This document shows, in pieces, positions 52,901 through 61,162 of a stretch of DNA of 64,000 nucleotides; the first letter of the stretch is position 1, and each line of letters starts with the position of its first letter. The translations under genes were made by a program, and so were the position numbers. Origin of the DNA: an uncultured Pseudomonadota bacterium (GTDB lineage Bacteria > Pseudomonadota > Alphaproteobacteria > Rs-D84); contig CAMOGA010000002.1 of assembly GCA_946613885.1 (NCBI GenBank), positions 27,129 to 91,128 on the forward strand, written 5' to 3'. Under the pieces are notes generated by a model. It worked only from the letters and a program-made list of their open reading frames with translations. It did not search any database and was not told where the DNA came from.

Positions 52901-54123
52901 AAACATTTTTTTAAACTGGCCAGATTGCCGGCTTTTACGATAAATCCATCCTTGTTATTTGTTATATAATCTGCCTGGCCACAACAATCGGATACAATGC
53001 ATGCCTTGTGCATCATCATGCCTTCCATAACAACCTGAGGATTTGGGTCATCCAATGATGGACATAATAAAATATCACATGAATTTAAAACATCATATTT
53101 TTCTTTGCCTTGTAATATACCATGATAAAACAAATTATCATTTTTTATAATGTTTTTTGATGTTGCACCAATAAAGTGAATTTCAATTTTATTTTGATAT
53201 TCATTTGGTAGTTCTTGAAACGCCTTTATAATTAAATTTTGAGCTTTGCGGGCGCAAAAATTACCGATTACACAAAAACGCACTTTGCCGTCATTGGAAT
53301 ATGTTGGTACATATTCATTTGATAAATCTTTAACACCATATAATAATAATTTGGTATGCTTATTTAAATTTGCAATACAACGTTGGGTATATTTACTGAC
53401 CGCGTAAACATTTGAATCGTTTGATAATGTTTCCAATAACCCTGTTTTGTGACCAAATGTTTCGTGAACGTTTTTACCTTCGGCTATACGCCACATATGC
53501 GGAACACGTTTTATCGACTGTATAAATGGATACGTTAAAACTGTATTACAGAAAACAAAATCAAAATTATTTATTCCCGCTTCAATATCATCGTTGGTCC
53601 AGTGAAAATTGGTAAAACAATCTATGTTTTCTGCCTGGTATTGTTTAACTAATTCATCATTGTCGCCACCAATAACAGTCACATGATATCCACATGATTT
53701 TAAATATTTTGCCGTATTAAACACCGCCAATGGCGCACCTGTTATATTAAAAGAATGTGTAATTAACAATATATTTTTTGTATCGTGTTTTAAACGTTCG
53801 CTGTATCGTTTAAAACGTCTGGTATATTTGTTTGACGGAAAATAGGGTGTGCGTCCCAGTTCATGACAACCATATTTTAAATAATGCAATAATGGATTTA
53901 TGCCCGCCTGTTTAACATCGGCATTAAAATTTAAATATTCATTTGTATTAAAATATTTGGATGGATTGCGTCCTTCCTTCCAACCATAATTCATATAATG
54001 TTTTATTGGGTTTGCTTTCGTTGTTTTTACATCAGGATATGTTTTCAAATACCATCTTTTGTTGAAAAGTTTTGATTTTGCAATAATTTTATAATCTTCA
54101 CTGTGATTGGTAAATAAATGCAT
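49993..54123 (-). CDS. Multidomain glycosyltransferase (GT4 + RgpF-like + HAD-like)
   Basis: DILLCPS..DP...V.MEGM; HLYY..LKIHTK..FISGTMF; SFDIFDTLL..SDMYL..HIGDN; repeated HY..YGWKEGRNP modules. Confidence 0.85.
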   Translation of the reverse strand: MHLFTNHSEDYKIIAKSKLFNKRWYLKTYPDVKTTKANPIKHYMNYGWKEGRNPSKYFNTNEYLNFNADVKQAGINPLLHYLKYGCHELGRTPYFPSNKYTRRFKRYSERLKHDTKNILLITHSFNITGAPLAVFNTAKYLKSCGYHVTVIGGDNDELVKQYQAENIDCFTNFHWTNDDIEAGINNFDFVFCNTVLTYPFIQSIKRVPHMWRIAEGKNVHETFGHKTGLLETLSNDSNVYAVSKYTQRCIANLNKHTKLLLYGVKDLSNEYVPTYSNDGKVRFCVIGNFCARKAQNLIIKAFQELPNEYQNKIEIHFIGATSKNIIKNDNLFYHGILQGKEKYDVLNSCDILLCPSLDDPNPQVVMEGMMMHKACIVSDCCGQADYITNNKDGFIVKAGNLASLKKCFSNIIEKKYDLAKMGNLSYKLYKQYFTEDAYFKHVQSVIEKSTANNINDDFPKNKKDIKLLVHLHLYYQNQLDWFLKKLKNITVNYDLYVTVVDKNENIVQKIKQFKNDAHITQVGNMGYDVYPFYQVLQNVNLDDYDCVLKIHTKADRDTQPWKFKDILYRGPDWRNDLINPLIGNKFLFNRALRKFQQPKVGMVGCANLLRKIEYKPQIPNTEKLCKKMGIEYCTADFISGTMFMIRAQLLKPFQKTKFEAIEFVSANQTGDGGSLAHSCETMFGILVHDCGYKTVGVHTVGTLYKKLKARLDKRRDNKRANPLKVIKHSKYFDKKWYLNQNPDVKTANVNPAEHYLKYGWKEGRNPSPKFDSFMYLLLNKDVKNGKVCPLLHYELYGKREGRAISFDNDITKENAFSAKKIQEYKKKIDACKIVSFDIFDTLLCRPYVKPTDLFVHMEKIFNKPDFANARINAEKTAFAMPFDGDVTLDMIYKFMPKKFLSMRDKEMDFEYTRSIQHPIIKELYDYAVDSGKTIIAVSDMYLPKSLLVKMLHKNKYNKFHEVFISNECGASKRDGTLYDYIIKHMKCNPQDIIHIGDNQTKDGDQADKKHLNSLVIPKIIDNLFNTDIRTKMLYDYKKDNLETSIFLSILALHTIKTNNITETDYYYNLGYVYGGPIAYQFMNYVYSNCVKNNIKDIAMVARDGYSFVRVFDLINKSGLNAHYVYAPRLLSHIISLHYNEKNHDQVKSIADYYRANLQNAKKSSDLTESYENDLLFIKQNKTNIKKYSEIKKKEYLKYLGQFNYKSKKFAVVDSATIGYTSQKLFESIYPNKDIVGFYWRLNTNQKSKEFVFDKDGTSLSLLKPYDFIELLFTAPEYPIRDLQNGKPVYKKTDNESEIFRVKIYPCISDGCVAFNQDMKKYFPDTTIDYDIEMVSVWVSLLNSYPTDNDKYYMQKIQYASDIQHNTYTPLFKNWYK

Positions 54124-54139
54124 TTATGTTCCCTTTTGT

Positions 54140-55081
54140 TTAATAATTATTATCTGTATTTACTATATTTTTTAGTTTGTTCATATAAAAATCAGAATTT
54201 AATAAATACGAACGAACCTGTCTGCGCCATTTTGCAACCGGAATACAACAGGCGATAATGTTAATCAATGTTTTTTGAATTTTCAGTTTCTTATATAACA
54301 TATTCACATGTTTTTTATGTTTAATGGATGTGAACGGATCAACTATTTTCATACCGCATTTATATACAGCCGCCCCAATAGTGCGTTCAACAACATGTGC
54401 AAATTGTGTTTTATGATCTGCGGTTGATTTATCAAACAAATCAATAGAAATATTCAAATTTTTTATTAACTGAATTGGTTTTATCTTTGATATAAACATT
54501 GTGCCGGCAACGAAATTAAAATCATCCAATTCAAAAATATATTGCGGATATAGTTTTTTTGCATCATCCATAATACCGCCAATGTTTGGTTTGTTGTGTA
54601 TCAAATTATATCTGGTACACATACCAATCTGTGGATTTTGTAATGCATCCAGGCATTTTTGTAAATTTTGTTTTGTTGATATAAAATCTAATAAATTATC
54701 ACGCCACGTTGAACCATTATTCATGAAATATCCGTTGCCCAAATTTACCAACCCGTTGACACCCAGATCTTCTGGTTTCATATCGCGTTTTGTGTGTAAT
54801 TTTATTAAATAATCATATTTTGATAAATCAATATCGGTTATTACTTTGATAAATGGCCATATATCATATCCAACATTTTCAACAGATATAAAATTAAAAT
54901 CTGGTTTTTGTTGCGATATTGTTTTTGATATTAAATCTTGGTTTTTATCATCACTGGTCACATACAAATCGTAATCATATGGTATATTTTTCAAACAATC
55001 AACCAACAGATTTAATTGATCTGTATAATAAATATGCATAACAACTAAAATCCTGGGATTTTTTGACACTATTATTTCCAC
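54140..55081 (-). CDS. RgpF (rhamnan synthesis F)-like protein
   Basis: HIYY, NVGYDIWPF, KLHTKR, FVAGTMF, AHVVER. Confidence 0.85.
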   Translation of the reverse strand: MEIIVSKNPRILVVMHIYYTDQLNLLVDCLKNIPYDYDLYVTSDDKNQDLISKTISQQKPDFNFISVENVGYDIWPFIKVITDIDLSKYDYLIKLHTKRDMKPEDLGVNGLVNLGNGYFMNNGSTWRDNLLDFISTKQNLQKCLDALQNPQIGMCTRYNLIHNKPNIGGIMDDAKKLYPQYIFELDDFNFVAGTMFISKIKPIQLIKNLNISIDLFDKSTADHKTQFAHVVERTIGAAVYKCGMKIVDPFTSIKHKKHVNMLYKKLKIQKTLINIIACCIPVAKWRRQVRSYLLNSDFYMNKLKNIVNTDNNY

Positions 55082-55920
55082 CTTAATTTTGCGATTGGTA
55101 TAAATTCAAACAAATAAATTTTATTGTTTTTTAACTTAAGCAGTGGGATTATTCCAAACAAGCGAACACGCCAGTGGGTGTGATTATCGAAATGTTTCAT
55201 GTATTCTATGTGATACGCAGGAAACATATTTCTGATTTCATAAGATACTTTGTCGTGCATTATCGCCATTTCTTGTTTTTTTTGAACAGATGTCATTGTT
55301 TTATCTAATCTGTATTTAACCAGAACTTCTTGGATATTATGGAAAGATGTTTTATTCATCAAACGTTCCCACAAACGATAATCTTCGGCTGGAAAATATT
55401 CTGGTTCATATTTTATATCATTATCAACCAATACAGATTTTCTTATCATTGCGGCAGTATGCATAACGTAGTTATTTTCAGTTAAAAACATTTTTATCAA
55501 AATATCTGATTTTGGTGTTTTGTATATAAAATTTTTATCGCCGAATTTTTCAACCCAACTGCTGACCACGCCAACATTTGGATTGGCATCCAGATAGGCA
55601 ACCTGTTTTTCCAGACGTGTTGGCTCAGATATATCATCATGATCAAATATTGCCAAATATTCACCATTTGCCATCTGTAATAATTTATTGCGGGAATTTG
55701 ATATTCCAATATTTTTGTTGTTTTTTAGATATTTAATACGTTTGTCTTTATATGATTTAACAATTTTTTCAATTTCTGTGTTTTCAGGACTGTCGTTCAA
55801 AATTAAAAATTCAAAATCAGTAAATGTTTGTGTCAACACAGATTCAATCATTTCACGCAGATACACAGGATTTGTGTTATAAATTGGCGTTAAAACAGAA
55901 ACACGTGGCTTTGTCGTCAT
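55072..55920 (-). CDS. Glycosyltransferase family 2
   Basis: VSVLTPIYN, DHDD, RLEKQ, AEDY. Confidence 0.93.
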   Translation of the reverse strand: MTTKPRVSVLTPIYNTNPVYLREMIESVLTQTFTDFEFLILNDSPENTEIEKIVKSYKDKRIKYLKNNKNIGISNSRNKLLQMANGEYLAIFDHDDISEPTRLEKQVAYLDANPNVGVVSSWVEKFGDKNFIYKTPKSDILIKMFLTENNYVMHTAAMIRKSVLVDNDIKYEPEYFPAEDYRLWERLMNKTSFHNIQEVLVKYRLDKTMTSVQKKQEMAIMHDKVSYEIRNMFPAYHIEYMKHFDNHTHWRVRLFGIIPLLKLKNNKIYLFEFIPIAKLRWK

Positions 55921-56094
55921 ATTATGTTTTTCCGTGTATTTGTTTGATTTAACAAAAAAACAACTGATTAATAGTTGTCATTTGGATGATTGAACAAAAT
56001 CTGGTGTAAATCAAGCAATATTTCGGTTTTTTCGTAAAATAATTTGTTTTTATATTGATTTTTGTGTGAACAACGTTATAATACGTGAACGATT

Positions 56095-56168
56095 GCCCTA
56101 ATAGTCTAGTGGTAAAACACGTCCTTGGTAAGGACGAGTCGCAAGTCCGATTCTTGCTTAGGGCACCA
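56095..56168 (+). tRNA. tRNA-Thr (GGT)
   Basis: GCCCTAATAGTCTAGTGGTAAAACACGTCCTTGGTAAGGACGAGTCGCAAGTCCGATTCTTGCTTAGGGCACCA cloverleaf. Confidence 0.93.
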
Positions 56169-56196
56169 TCCGCTTTCATTGTTTTTCGTGATAAAT

Positions 56197-56706
56197 ATGC
56201 AAACTTATTTCGTTTTGGGAAATTTATTTTCGTTTGTTGCGGCAATTTGCCTGGCGGTATCAGTATTCAAAAAAAACACCAAAGATTTATTATTGTGGCA
56301 GGTGATGGAGGTTGTTTTTTGTATTCTGTCAAATATTGCGTTGGTGACATATTCTGCGTTAACAACAAATTCTGTTGCGTTGGTTCGTGATATATTGGCG
56401 TTCAAAAATAAATTAACAAAAAACATAACAATTATTTTGGTGCTGTTAAGTGTTTTTATCGGATTAATGGTAAACAATCGTGGTGTAATCGGATTCTTTC
56501 CAATGGCTGCATCGGTCGTTTATACTGTGTTTTTATACGCAACCAGAAATGAACAACAAATCCGTTTTGCTTTGATTATCAATTTAATGTTATGGTTTGT
56601 GCATGATTTTTATGTTGGTGCATATCCATCTGCCTTGATGGATGCAGGTTTAAGTGTTTGGACTTTGTTTAACATATTTAAAAACATAAAACATGATGAA
56701 AAATAA
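56197..56706 (+). CDS. YgjV-like inner membrane protein
   Basis: Hydrophobic; IR..L.IN..LW.VHDF.VGAY motif. Confidence 0.75.
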   Translation: MQTYFVLGNLFSFVAAICLAVSVFKKNTKDLLLWQVMEVVFCILSNIALVTYSALTTNSVALVRDILAFKNKLTKNITIILVLLSVFIGLMVNNRGVIGFFPMAASVVYTVFLYATRNEQQIRFALIINLMLWFVHDFYVGAYPSALMDAGLSVWTLFNIFKNIKHDEK

Positions 56707-57379
56707 TGTATTAAATTTGCTGTATACAGCACAAGATACAGCGTATAAAGATTTTTCAAAACGATTAATTCCAAATTTATCGTCCAATGTTTTTATTGGT
56801 GTGCGGACACCGATATTAAAGCAAATTGCGCGCGATATGGTAAAAAATAATACTTACCAAGATTTTATATTCGATTTGCCACACAAATATTTTGAAGAAA
56901 ACCAATTACATGCGTTTATCATATCGCAAATTCGTGATTTTGATATTGCGTTGCGTGAAACAGAACGATTTTTACCGTATATAGATAATTGGGCAACATG
57001 TGATCAAATGTCGCCACAGATATTCAAAAAACAACCAGATACATTATTTACACACGTTTGTAATTGGATAAAATCAGATGATGTTTATACGGTTCGTTTT
57101 GGAATAAAAACATTGATGCAATATTGGCTGGATGATAATTTTGATAAAAAATATGCCGATATGGTGGCAGATATAAAATCTGATGAATATTATATAAATA
57201 TGATGCGTGCATGGTATTTTGCCACGGGCGCAGCTAAACATTTTGATGTATTTATACCTTATTTTAGATATGGGCGAATTGACGATTGGACACGTTTGCG
57301 CGCAATTCAAAAGGCCATTGAATCTTTACGTGTGCCAATTAAAAATAAAGAGTTTTTAAAATCTTTGCGAAATAGTTGA
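56693..57379 (+). CDS. AlkD-like DNA alkylation repair protein
   Basis: GVRTP, IDNWATCD, YYINMMRAWY.ATG, QKAIES.R. Confidence 0.9.
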   Translation: MMKNNVLNLLYTAQDTAYKDFSKRLIPNLSSNVFIGVRTPILKQIARDMVKNNTYQDFIFDLPHKYFEENQLHAFIISQIRDFDIALRETERFLPYIDNWATCDQMSPQIFKKQPDTLFTHVCNWIKSDDVYTVRFGIKTLMQYWLDDNFDKKYADMVADIKSDEYYINMMRAWYFATGAAKHFDVFIPYFRYGRIDDWTRLRAIQKAIESLRVPIKNKEFLKSLRNS

Positions 57380-57447
57380 TAAAATTATATTGACACTTTT
57401 ATTTTTTGGTATATATTTACAGTTTGTTAGAAATATGGAGTGTTTAC

Positions 57448-59133
57448 ATGCTGCTTACAGAATTAGAACGTCAAGAAATTGTAAAAATGATTAAAGAATA
57501 CAAAAGTGCACATAAAAAATTGGCAGATAATTACAAATCACGCCGTGCACGTACTGTTGTAAATAGTGTAAACAAACGTGTTGAACGTTATTTTGAAATG
57601 ATGAATTATAAATCAGATGAAATTACATCTGACGATGTTAAATATTTTTCCTTGATTGTGGATATTTTTGAACCAATGCGTCGCAATTCTTTGTTAAAAG
57701 AATTGCAAAAACATGCGGATTTTGACGTGTTTTTATATGTAGAAAATTATAACAACGGTTTGGTTAAACGTATTTCGAACAGTGTAAAAAATGATTTAAA
57801 TGATTTGTCTCCGAAACAAATGGACAAGATATGTGTTAAATATAAAACAGCACGGGCAAATTTGAAAAAAGGCAGAAATATACACAAAAATACAGCATTT
57901 ATTGAACAGTGTCGTTTGGGTGCATATGCGTATGCGCGTGCAATAATTAATGGTAATGTAAGTATAGATTCAATAGATGTAAATTCTGCATATGCATATT
58001 TGACACAAATATGTCCTTCGTGTGTTGATGGTGATGAAATGGAAAGTGCGCAAAATTTGTTGGCACAAAAAATCCAAGAAAATAAAGAAAACAATATTAA
58101 TGCAGAAGAATTAAAACGTCAGCAGGAACAAGAACGTGCACAGCAAAAACGTCAGCAAGAGCAAGAACGTGCACAGCAAGAACGTCAGCAAGAGCAAGAA
58201 CGTGCACAGCAAAAACGTCAGCAAGAACAAGAACGTGCACAACAAAAACAACTGCGCAAACAAGAACGTCAGCAAAATCGTCAAATCTTTTTTGGCGGTA
58301 TCAGACAAAAATTTAGAGATTTTATAAATAATGCCAGAACCACATTTGCAAACGATACAACGGTTGAACATGCTGATTTTGAACCTTTGTATGAACAGGC
58401 AGATGTCGCTGAAACAAATCAACGTATGGTTGAAAATCATACCCAAAACACAGAACCGGTTGTTGAAGAAAAACAACGTAAAGAAAAAACTAAAATACAT
58501 CGTTCTATATTTACACGTGTTGCGGCGGTTGCTGCTGTGGCGGCTGTTATTACCGCAGGTATTGCGATGTTCAAATCTGATAGTAATAAAAACACTAAAT
58601 CGCAACCAGAACCAATAAAAAAAGAAGTAAAACATACACCTGTTATGCAAAAACAAACAATTAATCAAACAAACAATGAAACCATTGCGCCATTGGATAC
58701 GGCATATGCACGTGCATTAAAGAATTATTATAATTCTGCGCTGGATATTATCGCAGGCAACAAAAAATCAGATGTTTTGAATAAAATTGAAAATCAGGTT
58801 AAATCTGGAAACGTTGCATTGTCAGATTCTATTACGGTTGAACGTATTGCGTATGCGTATTTTATATATCGTGAATACGGATTCAATATTGATATATTAA
58901 ATCTGGCTGTAAATGGTAATCAACAATTAACCAAATCTCAACAACAAGAATTAATTCGGGTTATCAAAGATGCCGGCGAACGTGGAACAGGTGTTCAAAA
59001 AATGGCAAAACAACGCCTTGAATCACGTGGGGGACAATTAAGTTCGCACAGTAAATTTAAAAACGCATCTAAACAACAACAGCGTCAACATTTGGTGAAT
59101 CTGGGGTTGTTGAAAAAAGCACATGTAAGATAA
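57448..59133 (+). CDS. Hypothetical single-pass membrane protein with Q/E/R repeats
   Basis: SD GGAG; RQQEQERAQQK x4; TM VAAVAAVAAVITAGIAMF. Confidence 0.7.
   Translation: MLLTELERQEIVKMIKEYKSAHKKLADNYKSRRARTVVNSVNKRVERYFEMMNYKSDEITSDDVKYFSLIVDIFEPMRRNSLLKELQKHADFDVFLYVENYNNGLVKRISNSVKNDLNDLSPKQMDKICVKYKTARANLKKGRNIHKNTAFIEQCRLGAYAYARAIINGNVSIDSIDVNSAYAYLTQICPSCVDGDEMESAQNLLAQKIQENKENNINAEELKRQQEQERAQQKRQQEQERAQQERQQEQERAQQKRQQEQERAQQKQLRKQERQQNRQIFFGGIRQKFRDFINNARTTFANDTTVEHADFEPLYEQADVAETNQRMVENHTQNTEPVVEEKQRKEKTKIHRSIFTRVAAVAAVAAVITAGIAMFKSDSNKNTKSQPEPIKKEVKHTPVMQKQTINQTNNETIAPLDTAYARALKNYYNSALDIIAGNKKSDVLNKIENQVKSGNVALSDSITVERIAYAYFIYREYGFNIDILNLAVNGNQQLTKSQQQELIRVIKDAGERGTGVQKMAKQRLESRGGQLSSHSKFKNASKQQQRQHLVNLGLLKKAHVR
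58113..58250. repeat. 33-bp tandem repeat, 4 copies
   Basis: AA(A/G)AACGTCAGCA(A/G)GA(G/A)CAAGAACGTGCACA(G/A)C units. Confidence 0.9.
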
Positions 59134-59174
59134 TATCTGCTTGCAAAAAAAATATTTGGTTATAAAATAATGTA

Positions 59175-59354
59175 TTATTTTATGGGTGCGGGGCTGATGA
59201 TATGACCGACAACCATGTAGGCACCAAAACCCAACAAAAGTGATAAATTCGGGTGGCACCGCGCGCCATTAATTTATAAATGTTCGCGCCCCGGAAATAA
59301 CAAAATAATGGTGCCGATTTTTTATTGGCACCCATAAAACAAAAGGGTGTAAAA
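59175..59354 (+). promoter_or_regulatory. Putative T-box riboswitch leader of aspS (translational type)
   Basis: AATTCGGG-TGGCACC-GCGCG...CGCGC-CCCGGA antiterminator fold; GAC upstream; alternative SD-sequestering hairpin; promoter TTGCAA-16-TAAAAT at 59141-59168. Confidence 0.75.
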
Positions 59355-61124
59355 ATGTTATCTTTGAAATCAAAATACAGAACGCACACATGCGGCGAAT
59401 TAAACGAAACAAATGTTGGCGAAACTGTCACTTTATCTGGATGGGTTCATCGTAAACGTGATCACGGATCTTTGTTGTTTGTCGATTTGCGCGATAATTA
59501 TGGTATCACACAGTGTGTGTTTGATGGTGGGGACGAAAATCTGGAAAAAATTCGTCCAGAATCTGTTATAAAAATTACAGGTAAGGTTGTTGCACGTGAT
59601 AAAGATGCAATCAATGATAAAATTCCTACTGGTCATATTGAAATTCAATCTGGTAAATGGGAAGTATTAACAAATTCAGAAGTTTTGCCGTTCCAAGTGT
59701 TTGGTGATGAAGATACCGGTGAAGAATTGCGTTATCAATATCGTTTCTTGGATTTGCGTCGTGAAAAATTACATCATAATATTTTAATGCGTAATAAAAT
59801 GATAAAGTGGATGCGTGACAAGATGTGGGAATTGGGATTTTCTGAATTTCAAACACCGTTGTTAACGGCTGATTCGCCCGAAGGTGCGCGCTGTTTCTTG
59901 GTTCCATCACGTTTGAATCATGGAAAATTTTATGCGCTGCCCCAGGCACCACAAATGTTTAAACAATTATTACAGGTTGCTGGTTTCGACAGATATTTCC
60001 AAATTGCACCATGTTTTCGTGATGAAGATTTACGTTCAGACAGATTGTTGGAATTTTATCAATTAGACGTTGAAATGTCATTTGTTGATTTGCCTGAAAT
60101 TCAACGTGTAGGCGAGGTTGTAATTCCTGAATTAATAAAAACATTTGCGCCAGATGCCAATGTATATCCAGAAATTCCGCATATATCTTTTGATGATGCA
60201 ATGTTAAAATATGGTTGCGATAAACCAGATTTACGCAATCCGATTTTAATCAGCGATGTGACAGAAATATTCCGCGGTTCTGATTTTGGAATTTTTGCAA
60301 ATGCAATTGAAAATGGGGCTGTTGTACGTGCGATACCTGCACCGGATACTGCCGAAAAACCACGTTCTTGGTTTGATAAATTGGTCGAATATGCCACAAA
60401 AGAATTAGGATTGGGTGGTTTGGCTTATATCGTTTTTGCCGATGAACCAAAGGGTCCTGTTGCAAAAAAATTGGATGCCGACAGAATTGAACAATTGCAC
60501 AAAATCGCAGGTGATAAATCTACATTATTCTTTGTTTGTGATACAGAAGAAGTCGCAGCCAAGGCGGCCGGTAAATTGCGCAATAAATTGGGTGCAGATT
60601 TGGGTTTGGTAAATCCACGTGATTTTGCAATTTGTTGGGTTGATAATTTCCCATTTTTTGAACCAGATGAAGACAGGGGCGGTGCACCAATGTTCACTCA
60701 TAATCCGTTCTCTTATCCGTTGGCAACATTGGAAGAATTGTCAACCAAAGATCCATTTACAATCAAGGCGGCACAATTTGATATGGTTATAAATGGTATT
60801 GAAATGTGCAGTGGTGGTCTGCGTAATTATAACCCAGATGTCATGAAAAAATGTTTTGATATTGCGGGTTATCCAATCGAGGCCGTAGAAAAGAACTTTA
60901 ACGCATTGTACACAGCGTTTAAATACGGTGCACCACCACATGGCGGTTTTGCATTTGGTATTGACCGTTTGATTTCTGAGATTTTGGGAACAGGTGAAAG
61001 TTTACGTGAAACTGTTGCTTTCCCGGCAAATCAACGTGGTCAAGATTTATTAATGGGATCACCAAATGAAGTTAGTGAACAACAATTAAGGGATGTTCAT
61101 ATTAAAATCCGCGATAAAAATTAA
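59355..61124 (+). CDS. aspS: Aspartate-tRNA ligase
   Basis: YRTHTCGEL, RDHG, YALPQAPQ.FKQLL, CFRDEDLR.DR, GAPPHGG.AFGIDR. Confidence 0.98.
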   Translation: MLSLKSKYRTHTCGELNETNVGETVTLSGWVHRKRDHGSLLFVDLRDNYGITQCVFDGGDENLEKIRPESVIKITGKVVARDKDAINDKIPTGHIEIQSGKWEVLTNSEVLPFQVFGDEDTGEELRYQYRFLDLRREKLHHNILMRNKMIKWMRDKMWELGFSEFQTPLLTADSPEGARCFLVPSRLNHGKFYALPQAPQMFKQLLQVAGFDRYFQIAPCFRDEDLRSDRLLEFYQLDVEMSFVDLPEIQRVGEVVIPELIKTFAPDANVYPEIPHISFDDAMLKYGCDKPDLRNPILISDVTEIFRGSDFGIFANAIENGAVVRAIPAPDTAEKPRSWFDKLVEYATKELGLGGLAYIVFADEPKGPVAKKLDADRIEQLHKIAGDKSTLFFVCDTEEVAAKAAGKLRNKLGADLGLVNPRDFAICWVDNFPFFEPDEDRGGAPMFTHNPFSYPLATLEELSTKDPFTIKAAQFDMVINGIEMCSGGLRNYNPDVMKKCFDIAGYPIEAVEKNFNALYTAFKYGAPPHGGFAFGIDRLISEILGTGESLRETVAFPANQRGQDLLMGSPNEVSEQQLRDVHIKIRDKN

Positions 61125-61132
61125 TAAAATAT

Positions 61133-61160
61133 AAAATCCCCGCATGGCGGGGATTTTTTT
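61133..61160. terminator. Bidirectional terminator
   Basis: AAAATCCCCGC-atg-GCGGGGATTTTTTT. Confidence 0.85.
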
Positions 61161-61162
61161 AT

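Noticed and set aside
58111-58668. Hydrophobic repeat ORF on the minus strand
   Set aside because: Antisense reading of the 33-bp tandem repeat.
59325-59354. Upstream TTG start of aspS
   Set aside because: Lies within the leader hairpins; ATG 59355 follows the SD-like AAGGGTG.
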